NCBI GenBank assembly: GCA_947589135.1
Contig: CANPZT010000002.1
Coordinates: forward strand, 1 to 38,016
Reading direction: 5' to 3'
Source: an uncultured Clostridia bacterium
GTDB lineage: Bacteria; Bacillota; Clostridia; TANB77; CAG-508
DNA: 38,016 nt
Both the position numbers and the translations under genes were made by a program. Below are positions 1 to 7,926 of the stretch, one piece after another; the stretch's first letter is position 1, and the number at the start of each line of letters is the position of its first letter. The notes below the pieces were generated by a model, which had not been told where the DNA came from, made no database searches, and saw nothing but the letters and a program-made list of their open reading frames with translations.

Positions 1-1
1 G

Positions 2-175
2 GAACTAGTAAAGGACGGTTGGGCAAGTATATATTATGGAATATTATTAAAGGCTAATATAATAATAAGTGGAGCACCACAATATTATATAGGTAATTAC
101 CTAAACACAAACGAATACCATAAAAAAATATTAAATTCAATTGTAAACGAAGAAAAAGGGGGGGGTGGGGTGTAA
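2..175 (+). CDS. 3' end of an ORF running off the window start (hypothetical, partial)
   Basis: Frame 2 is open from the window edge (ELVKDGWASIYYGILLKANIIISGAPQYY...NEEKGGGGV) and stops at TAA 173-175, just after the G8-T-G4 tract. Confidence 0.4.
   Translation, partial: ELVKDGWASIYYGILLKANIIISGAPQYYIGNYLNTNEYHKKILNSIVNEEKGGGGV
158..170. repeat. Homopolymeric G8 tract followed by T and G4
   Basis: gggggggg (158-165), t, gggg (167-170). This is extremely atypical in such AT-rich DNA and sits exactly at the junction of two ORFs in different frames. Confidence 0.9.
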
Positions 176-422
176 AATATTAAATGATAAATTACCTAAA
201 ATAATCCGTGAAAAAGATATAAGCAATATTAAATTTATAATTCATTACTCTAAAAAAGAACATACATACCAAGAACATATAAAATACTTATTAAAAGATT
301 TAAACGAAAAAAATGCTAATATAAATGAAGATATATCAGAATATTCAGATCACAACGAAGTAGGAAAATATTTTAAAATATTATTAGTAAACATATTTGA
401 TAAAAAAGGAGACCAATTATGA
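165..422 (+). CDS. Hypothetical 85-aa ORF, possibly the downstream part of the ORF broken at the poly-G tract
   Basis: ORF track, with a GTG start inside the G tract. Removing one G would fuse it in frame to the upstream partial ORF. Its stop overlaps the wecB start (ATGA at 419-422). Confidence 0.4.
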   Translation: MGCKILNDKLPKIIREKDISNIKFIIHYSKKEHTYQEHIKYLLKDLNEKNANINEDISEYSDHNEVGKYFKILLVNIFDKKGDQL

Positions 423-1507
423 AAAAAATTATGTTAGTTTTTGGTACAAGACCAGAAGCAATAAAAATGTGCCCTGTTGTAAAAGAATTAAAAACAAGAA
501 ATAATATAGAAACTATAGTATGTGTTACTGGACAACACAGAGAAATGTTAAAACAAGTACTTGATTGTTTCGGAGTAATACCAGATTATAACCTAGATAT
601 AATGCAAGATAAACAAACTTTATTTGATATTACTACAAATATTATATCTAAAATAAAACCTGTATTAGAAAATGAGAGACCAGATGTTATTTTAGTACAT
701 GGAGATACTACTACAACTTTTGTTACATCACTTTGTGCATTTTATATGCAAATTCCAGTGGGACATGTAGAGGCAGGTTTACGTACATATAATATATATT
801 CTCCATATCCTGAAGAGTTTAATAGACAAGCAACTAGTATTATTGCAAAGTATAATTTTGCACCTACCGAAAAATCAAAACAAAATCTAATAAAAGAAGG
901 AAAAAATCCATCTAGTATATATGTAACAGGGAATACTGCCATTGATGCATTAAAAACAACAGTTATAAAAAATTATAATCATCCTATTTTTGAATGGGTA
1001 GGCAAAGATAAATTAATTATACTTACAGCTCATAGGAGAGAAAACTTAGGACAACCATTAAAAAATATGTTTAGAGCAATAAAAAGAATAGTAGATGAAT
1101 ACGAGGACATAAAAGTTGTATATCCAATACATAAAAACCCAATTGTAAGAGAAACAGCAAGCGAAATATTTGGACAGACAGATAGAGTGAAGTTGATAGA
1201 ACCACTTGATGTATTAGATTTTCATAATTTTTTAAATAAATCTTATCTTATATTAACAGATAGTGGTGGAATTCAAGAAGAAGCACCATCTTTAGGAAAA
1301 CCAGTATTAGTTATGAGAGATACAACTGAAAGGCCAGAGGGTATAAAGGCAGGAACTTTAAAATTAGTTGGAACTGAAGAAAATAATGTATATACTAGTA
1401 TAAAATTACTACTTGATAATAAAGAGGAATATGAAAAAATGAGTAAAGCATCAAATCCATATGGAGATGGCTTTGCTTCAAAAAGAATAGTGGATATTTT
1501 AGAATAG
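419..1507 (+). CDS. wecB: UDP-N-acetylglucosamine 2-epimerase (non-hydrolysing), WecB/MnaA family
   Basis: Family hallmarks are present: MLVFGTRPEAIKM, HVEAGLRT and DSGGIQEEAPSLGKPVLVMRDTTERPE. The 362-aa length is typical. Confidence 0.93.
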   Translation: MKKIMLVFGTRPEAIKMCPVVKELKTRNNIETIVCVTGQHREMLKQVLDCFGVIPDYNLDIMQDKQTLFDITTNIISKIKPVLENERPDVILVHGDTTTTFVTSLCAFYMQIPVGHVEAGLRTYNIYSPYPEEFNRQATSIIAKYNFAPTEKSKQNLIKEGKNPSSIYVTGNTAIDALKTTVIKNYNHPIFEWVGKDKLIILTAHRRENLGQPLKNMFRAIKRIVDEYEDIKVVYPIHKNPIVRETASEIFGQTDRVKLIEPLDVLDFHNFLNKSYLILTDSGGIQEEAPSLGKPVLVMRDTTERPEGIKAGTLKLVGTEENNVYTSIKLLLDNKEEYEKMSKASNPYGDGFASKRIVDILE

Positions 1508-1517
1508 ATAAATTTTT

Positions 1518-1979
1518 ATGAAAATGATTAAGGATAAAGGAAAAAGTAAAATGAGTATTTTATATATAGAAACAAATCTATATTTTCATAAAGACATTGA
1601 ATGGACCTGGTATGTAGATAATGAAAAAATAATAAATATATGGCATAAACACAAAGAAAAATGTAATAAATTAATTGTTATTGCACCATATGAAAAAAGT
1701 CTATGTATAAAAGATCAAAAGGATCTAATAAAAGTTGGAAATGTACATATATTAAAAGACAAAGGTATTGAACTAAATGAGTTTAAAGATGTATTTGATT
1801 ATGAAACAAATACCATTGATAAAAAAGCAAAAAATGATATTATATTCTTAATTGAAAGAAATATATGTAGATCAGATATAGAACTAATAGTCATAAATTC
1901 TGAAGATACCTTTTATAAACAAATTGCTATAGATTTATGTACTAAGCATAATAAAAAATACATATTAGAAAATAACTAG
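1518..1979 (+). CDS. Hypothetical protein (153 aa)
   Basis: ORF co-oriented with and 10 nt downstream of wecB, followed by a terminator hairpin. No recognisable motif; the true start may be an internal Met. Confidence 0.5.
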   Translation: MKMIKDKGKSKMSILYIETNLYFHKDIEWTWYVDNEKIINIWHKHKEKCNKLIVIAPYEKSLCIKDQKDLIKVGNVHILKDKGIELNEFKDVFDYETNTIDKKAKNDIIFLIERNICRSDIELIVINSEDTFYKQIAIDLCTKHNKKYILENN

Positions 1980-2000
1980 ATAATAGTTTAAATATATTAA

Positions 2001-2045
2001 AATCATAAATGTTCTAATTTTGAGAAGGTTTATGATTTTTTTTTA
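2001..2045 (+). terminator. Rho-independent terminator after the wecB operon
   Basis: aatcataaa (2001-2009) pairs with tttatgatt (2029-2037), with inner ttct/agaa pairing, followed by a T run. Confidence 0.6.
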
Positions 2046-2152
2046 TAAAAAAAGAGAGCAGACACAACCTAGTGCATCTGCTAAGATTTAGTAATCATAT
2101 AAATATATGAATTTATTTATATTAACATATATATCACTAACTATTGATAAAA

Positions 2153-2653
2153 TCAAGTATTTTCTTCATCTTCATCATCATTATTTAAAACTTCTAATCC
2201 TGGATATGCTGTATATAAAAATGGAATATCACAATTTATATTTTTTAACTCTCCCCCATCTGGAAATGCTAAAATTAACCTATCAGCTTTAGGGAGTGAT
2301 AGGGGATAGGAATTAACTAGTTTTACAATTCCCTTTTCGTTTTCTTTATCTGCTACAATTATGTGATATAGCAAGTTTTCATTTGTTAAAAAAGTAATAA
2401 ATATAGGCTCATAGCCTTGATGAAAATTAACATATCTACCTTTATATTTACACAAAATATCTAATGCTGTTAGCATTTTTTCATTGATTCTTTTAGTATT
2501 ATGAACAAAAATATCACCTTTTTTACTTACCATATTACTTGCTAAAATGTTTTTAAAATTATTATTTTTATCATCATATAATATTTGTAATTGTTCTATT
2601 CTTGCACATCCAAAATCTTGTAAAAAATTGATTACTTTTATTTTATCTACCAT
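2153..2653 (-). CDS. Hypothetical protein (166 aa) with acidic C-terminus
   Basis: ORF with SD-like aggagga upstream, 13 nt downstream of the preceding gene. No motif recognised. Confidence 0.55.
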   Translation of the reverse strand: MVDKIKVINFLQDFGCARIEQLQILYDDKNNNFKNILASNMVSKKGDIFVHNTKRINEKMLTALDILCKYKGRYVNFHQGYEPIFITFLTNENLLYHIIVADKENEKGIVKLVNSYPLSLPKADRLILAFPDGGELKNINCDIPFLYTAYPGLEVLNNDDEDEENT

Positions 2654-2666
2654 AGGAATCCTCCTT

Positions 2667-3461
2667 TTATATTATTCTCATCAGATAACCATACAACATT
2701 TTCTTTTCTTGCTTAATTTCTGTTATTCTTATCAACACATTGTCAAGAAAATGTGGATAATTATTAAATCTTGCTGGAACTCTTACCAAGCAAGTTATAT
2801 TTGTTACATCTAATTGGACTACTACCCCACTATTTGCTTTTGGAAAAGCAATAACTTTTCCTGTGTATTCTCCACCTTCAGTAATATATTTTCTTATATT
2901 TTTAAATGGATTTGGAATAAGGTCTTTTGCACTTAATACAAATATATTTTTTTGAATATCTAGTTCCTTAATTCTTACCTTAAGGTATTCACCTGGAGAA
3001 TATAAATCTTTACAATTTAGAATGTAAGTATGCTGCAGGTTATTAGCTTTAATTATAACCTCTTTTCCAAATAGATCTACTACAATATGTTTAATACCTG
3101 CAGATAATATTCTTACCTTTACAATATCATTGACTTTCAATTTAGGTAATTCAATCTTTGATCGTAATTCCATAGCATCTTTTCTACTAGCTATAGCTAT
3201 ATTTGAGATTGTATCTATTTCCATTACAATAAAATCAATTTCTGCTCCTAGCATTCCTCTAATCATAGATTTGTTTATCTTTGATATTCCTAAATGAGTA
3301 CTAGGAATAAGTATTTTTATATCTTCGTACCATACAATAGCACAAGAAATATTTTCTCCTTTTAATTTGTAGTATTCATCTTCTATTCCCGAGATCCTAC
3401 CTGTTAAAATTCTCTTTTCTTCTTTGCTTCGCATAAGTTCCTTTAATGCTAATTCTTTCAA
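2667..3461 (-). CDS. S1-like (OB-fold) repeat domain protein
   Basis: Several S1-like segments, e.g. GEYTGKVIAFPKANSGVVVQLD, VNDIVKVRILSAGIKHIVVDLFG and GEYLKVRIKELD. Confidence 0.55.
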   Translation of the reverse strand: MKELALKELMRSKEEKRILTGRISGIEDEYYKLKGENISCAIVWYEDIKILIPSTHLGISKINKSMIRGMLGAEIDFIVMEIDTISNIAIASRKDAMELRSKIELPKLKVNDIVKVRILSAGIKHIVVDLFGKEVIIKANNLQHTYILNCKDLYSPGEYLKVRIKELDIQKNIFVLSAKDLIPNPFKNIRKYITEGGEYTGKVIAFPKANSGVVVQLDVTNITCLVRVPARFNNYPHFLDNVLIRITEIKQEKKMLYGYLMRII

Positions 3462-3475
3462 TATCTCACCCCCAA

Positions 3476-3508
3476 CTAAAAAAGCACTTACTTTTTTAAG
3501 TAAATGCT
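3476..3508 (-). terminator. Rho-independent terminator after the VanZ-like gene
   Basis: 11-bp stem with one mismatch (3483-3493 / 3498-3508), followed on the minus strand by TTTTTT. Confidence 0.55.
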
Positions 3509-3534
3509 AGTGTTTTTTTAAAATAACATGTAAT

Positions 3535-4053
3535 TTATACAGTACAATTAATTAATGCTAATAAAAAGAAAATTATCATAATAACTGTTATTATTGTTGC
3601 TATTATTTTTATAATTCTATCTAGTCTATCATTGTTTTTAAAAATCTTACAGAATAATACATATAAATATAGGCCTAATATAGCTCCTGTTGTATTTGTA
3701 ATTAAATCTGTTATATCGCATAATCCAATTTTTAAAATATATTGACTCAATTCAAATATAAGGCTAACTGCAAATCCACTTATAATTATTGCTTTATTGT
3801 CAATTTTAAGCATCTTTAGATATAAACCTAATGGCATAAATATCAATACATTTAAGAATGTTCCCATTAAAGGGAAATAACTATTTTCATAATAAAATGG
3901 AACAAGGTGTATATGTACTATTTTATAAGGTGATGGTATAGAAAATTCAAGTTTAAATAATATTATCCAAGTTAAAAGTACGATGTAAACTATTAATAAA
4001 GACTTAAGCCATATATTAGTTTTTTCTTTTTCCACTATATTTCCTCCTACCAT
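3535..4053 (-). CDS. VanZ-like family membrane protein
   Basis: Four or five TM helices. NVLIFMPLGLYL and SLIFELSQYI...DITDLITNTTGAILG resemble the VanZ family. Confidence 0.7.
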   Translation of the reverse strand: MVGGNIVEKEKTNIWLKSLLIVYIVLLTWIILFKLEFSIPSPYKIVHIHLVPFYYENSYFPLMGTFLNVLIFMPLGLYLKMLKIDNKAIIISGFAVSLIFELSQYILKIGLCDITDLITNTTGAILGLYLYVLFCKIFKNNDRLDRIIKIIATIITVIMIIFFLLALINCTV

Positions 4054-4082
4054 TACTTGCTAAAACAAATTATAACATACAT

Positions 4083-5846
4083 TTAAAAATTATTCCACCC
4101 TAATTTTTCCTTCTTTTTAGGTGGCTTTTCCATATCTTTTTTCTTTACTGGTACTTTATCACTAACATTTTTTACCCATTTAGGATTATAGTCTGATATT
4201 GAACTATCTTTTAGTTTTTTTGCAAGTGGATGATCTTTATATATAATTTTATCTAATAATAATGGTTTATTTCCTCTTAAATTTACAAGTAATTTTGTTG
4301 AAGGTAGTCTCAATATCTCATCTACATTTAGTAGATTTCTTTTCAATGTTGATATATTTTTTTGTCCGTATTCTTCAATATCACCTTCTAGGGAATTTGA
4401 CTTTCTTATAGAAGTAGTCTCTACCGTTGATACACCTATTAAATCGCAGAAATATTTAGCACTTAAAACATCGGTTACACCGTAAGTCAAGTCTTGTATC
4501 ACAATTCCCTATTATTTCATCTGATAGACCATTTGGATATCTGTTTTGTATTTGACCTATATTTTGAAAAATTGGAATTATTGCAAGAGATCTACTTCTA
4601 ACAGTACTGATTTTCTTGTTAAAATCAACAATAGCATTTGGCCCGTAAATTTGCAAATTCATCTAGTAAGAAAAATACTTCATTCTCACACTTTCCATCA
4701 GGCCTTGAATCTGCATAGCGAACTAATTTAATAAACAAAAATGTATAAAAAAGTGATGCCAAAAAATCTGCTGTTGATTCCATATCACTAGTAATAGTAT
4801 AGTAGATACATGGCTGCTTACCAGGGAGTGTTAAATCAATGTCTGTTTCAGATGTTAGTTTTTGCAAGTCTTCATTCTGGAACATTTGTAGTCTAGTACC
4901 TAAACCAGTTATAACACTTGCTTTTATAGTATCAGAACCACTTGCAAATATGTTGTATGACATACGAGCTGGGCTATCAGGTGGCATCTTTTTGAACATA
5001 TTATCAATTTCTCCAATATCACCATTTGCGATATATTTATAGGCATTAGTAAGATTATTTTTATCAGATATTGTTTCTAAAAAATAGAATTCAAATGCTT
5101 TCAAAAGATTTTCTTCAGCTCTTGGCCAAAATTCATCTCCACTTTTGCCATGTCTTTGAGTGTTAGAAATAATTACATTAGCACTTGTTTGAACATCAGT
5201 TATATTCTCGTTTTCTTGCAATGGATTCCATCTATCACTATGCCTCATATCTTTCAAATTTAATACTTTTACAACATAGCCACAACTCTTAAAGTAGCTT
5301 GATGTTTTCCTATAAATCTCACCGTTTAGGATCTGTTACAATAATTGATTTTTTATATTTTGAAAGTTCCAATAAATTTGTTAATAAGAATCCTATTGTT
5401 TTCATGCTTCCAGAACTACCAAAAACACAAATATTTTTATTAAAATAACTTTCAAACGGTAATCTTACAATTTTATTATTATATTTTCCTAATATAATAC
5501 CAGGTTTATCAAAGGATAAAACACTTGTTATCTCATCTTCAGACATCCAATTTGCTGTTCCATATGTTCCATCTTCTGTTTTAAAATTAATGCCTTTATT
5601 TTCGTTTTCTTTTTTGAATAGGACAAGTAATATATCTAATATAATAAAAATCGAAATAAGGGCAATTATGAAGCAAATAAGAATATATAAATTATTAGTT
5701 AGAATAATATTTTTTCCAAAACATTGACTTAAGATTTTAAAATAATTTTTTACATTAAAATCTATAATTATATTTAAGATAAAACAAAAAAATAAAAATA
5801 TGGCAAAACATATTTTTTTAATCATAGATATTTCGTTCTTTATCAA
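4083..5846 (-). pseudogene. Type IV coupling protein (VirD4/TraG/TcpA-like ATPase), split into 4 ORFs by three +1 CGG sites
   Basis: N-terminal TMs, Walker A VFGSSGSMKT, Walker B-like FFLLDEFANL(G) and GNCDT. ORFs 5319-5846, 4625-5257, 4456-4662 and 4083-4502 join seamlessly if the C at 5324, 4645 and 4482 is skipped, giving about 586 aa. Confidence 0.88.
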
Positions 5847-6744
5847 TATATTCTTCCAAGTCTATAATAGTGTAATTACAATTTGGAAGTTCTTTTCTTA
5901 TTTGTTCTTCTATTTCTTTGCTGCAAATAATATCAGCATTTTTATTCTTGTTTTCTCTTAAAAAATATTTAATCTTTGTTATTTTTTCAGTATCAATAAA
6001 GTAAAAATTTGCAATATATTTACTCTTATTGTCTGTATAATCACAAAAGTTATATTCACTTAAAAATACTTTGTTTTTATATATTTTTTGTATTAATTCA
6101 GACCAATTTATACTATGTAGGTATTTTAGTTTTTCTCTATTAGTATTTGTGTCTTCTATTATCAACACTTTATTCATTCCAAAAGAAAAATCATTAATAT
6201 TTATCCTGTTTATATCATTAACCAATACAATGATATTTCTATATTTTTTTTCTTTCTGTATATCATATATGACAGATGTTACATATCTATTATCGTGTTC
6301 TTTGGATATGTGATAAGCTAAATAATCAATTCCATTTATCTCTAGCACTCCTATAAATCTTCTTGCTTTTATTGTAAACATTTCTTTATCTTTCAAACAA
6401 AAGGAAGGAGTAAATTTTATTGTACTTGCTTTATTAAAAAAAGCACCTAATCCACTTATATATAACAATCTTGAATAGTATTTTTGATTTCTATTTACTT
6501 TATTATATTTGAAATTAAATAGTTTAGTATATTCTATACCTAACTCATCTAATATAAGAGTTTGCTTAGTCCTTCTTAAATATTTCTTTTTTATTAAACT
6601 TGTAATTCTTTTTCTATAATATTTTTGTGTACTAAAGAAATACTTTGCATCATTTACATTTAAATACTGATATTTAGCTATAAATTTTATTAAAGATATT
6701 TCTTCATTGCCATTTGGAAAATAATTCAAAAAAATCACCTCCAC
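5818..6744 (-). CDS. Replication-relaxation family-like protein (candidate relaxase or DNA-processing protein)
   Basis: The N-terminal winged-helix pattern (LIKFIAKYQYLNVNDAKYFF...YYRKRITSLIKKKYLRR) resembles the Replic_Relax family. GTG start. The 3' end overlaps the T4CP start, a typical relaxase-T4CP arrangement. Confidence 0.5.
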   Translation of the reverse strand: MEVIFLNYFPNGNEEISLIKFIAKYQYLNVNDAKYFFSTQKYYRKRITSLIKKKYLRRTKQTLILDELGIEYTKLFNFKYNKVNRNQKYYSRLLYISGLGAFFNKASTIKFTPSFCLKDKEMFTIKARRFIGVLEINGIDYLAYHISKEHDNRYVTSVIYDIQKEKKYRNIIVLVNDINRININDFSFGMNKVLIIEDTNTNREKLKYLHSINWSELIQKIYKNKVFLSEYNFCDYTDNKSKYIANFYFIDTEKITKIKYFLRENKNKNADIICSKEIEEQIRKELPNCNYTIIDLEEYIDKERNIYD

Positions 6745-6778
6745 ATCAATTTTAAAATTAAACTTAAGTAGAACTTTC

Positions 6779-6816
6779 GTAGGATATTCGACAGCTTTTG
6801 CAGTCGACTACCTACT
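6779..6816. repeat. Imperfect inverted repeat, candidate oriT or regulatory hairpin
   Basis: gtagg...tcgacagc tttt gcagtcgac...cctac is a locally GC-rich nested palindrome 35 nt upstream of the relaxation-like gene. Confidence 0.35.
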
Positions 6817-6923
6817 ACCACGCGTTAAAATGGAGCATAAAAACTTTAAAACCTTTGGTGTTAACTACTTTGCTTTTTTCTATACCTGTCGCAAAATTTT
6901 TTTTATAAATCTTTCAAAATTCC

Positions 6924-7517
6924 CTACTTTTTTGTACTGTAATTTTCTAAAAATTCATTAACATTTTTGCTATCAAAAACATAAATTTCTGTGTGAGGAA
7001 TTTCTGAATATTCACCTCTTGCACAATAAAACATTTTTGTCATATTATCATCTTTGATAACATTGGATAAAATTAATGCATCAGCTATCGGTTTTATAAA
7101 TTTATTATCAATATCCCAACCTAGTATCTTATCAAATACTTTTATATATATAAACACCTCTTTATTAAATAATCCTGCAAAATCCTTTGTTATCTCTGCA
7201 ATATTCAATAAAATTCTTTTATAAGTATGTGTTTTTAAATTTTTATATGATGGCATTACTTCAGGAACATATATTTTTAATATATCATCCTTTAATTCAG
7301 CCTTATATTCATTATCAATAGTTTTTATTTTTTCATATTCAAATTCTACATCTTTATTATATAATTTTATTTCAGCTAGTATGTTATATCTAGTCTTTTC
7401 TAAGTTACGCAAAAAATTCTCTATTTGAAAATCTGTCAAACTTGAATTTTGTAGAATTGAATTTATGCTTTTTTCCAATGTATTTAATTCTTTTTTTAAT
7501 TTTTCATTTATAATCAT
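6924..7517 (-). CDS. RusA-like Holliday junction resolvase domain protein with N-terminal coiled-coil extension
   Basis: The C-terminal half carries WDIDNKFIKPIADALILSNVIKDDN, matching the RusA signature D-x-D-N-x2-K-x3-D-A-L...DD. Confidence 0.5.
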   Translation of the reverse strand: MIINEKLKKELNTLEKSINSILQNSSLTDFQIENFLRNLEKTRYNILAEIKLYNKDVEFEYEKIKTIDNEYKAELKDDILKIYVPEVMPSYKNLKTHTYKRILLNIAEITKDFAGLFNKEVFIYIKVFDKILGWDIDNKFIKPIADALILSNVIKDDNMTKMFYCARGEYSEIPHTEIYVFDSKNVNEFLENYSTKK

Positions 7518-7574
7518 TTAAAAGTCCTCTCTTTAAAAGATTTGAAGGGCCTTTAAGAAAGGAAACTCTTTTTA

Positions 7575-7865
7575 TTATTCTTCTTCGCTTTCAGAATTTT
7601 CAATAAATTCATCATAAGCTTTAAAAATTGTTTCTGTTAATTCATTTCTTATATTTGTATTTAATGGATGACATACATCTCTATAAGATTTTCTTTTTTC
7701 ATTTACTAATAATCTTGATGGCATTGAAATAAATCTGCCTGATTTCTCCGTTTCTAATAATGTGATTCCTCTAATAATAAAAATATTGTCTAAAATAACG
7801 TTTGCATAGGCCAATACTGGTCCTCTCTTTTTTGCTTTAAAAATTCTAATATTTGTAATTTCCAT
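7575..7865 (-). CDS. spoVG: SpoVG family protein (element-borne paralogue)
   Basis: MEITNIRIFK...LAYANVILDNIFIIRGITLLE...GRFISMPSR...YRDVCHPLNTNIRNEL aligns with SpoVG along its full length. Confidence 0.85.
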   Translation of the reverse strand: MEITNIRIFKAKKRGPVLAYANVILDNIFIIRGITLLETEKSGRFISMPSRLLVNEKRKSYRDVCHPLNTNIRNELTETIFKAYDEFIENSESEEE

Positions 7866-7926
7866 AATAAAAATCCTCCTATAAATTTATTTTGAAGGAC
7901 AAATTTATAAAGGATATTATATTATT

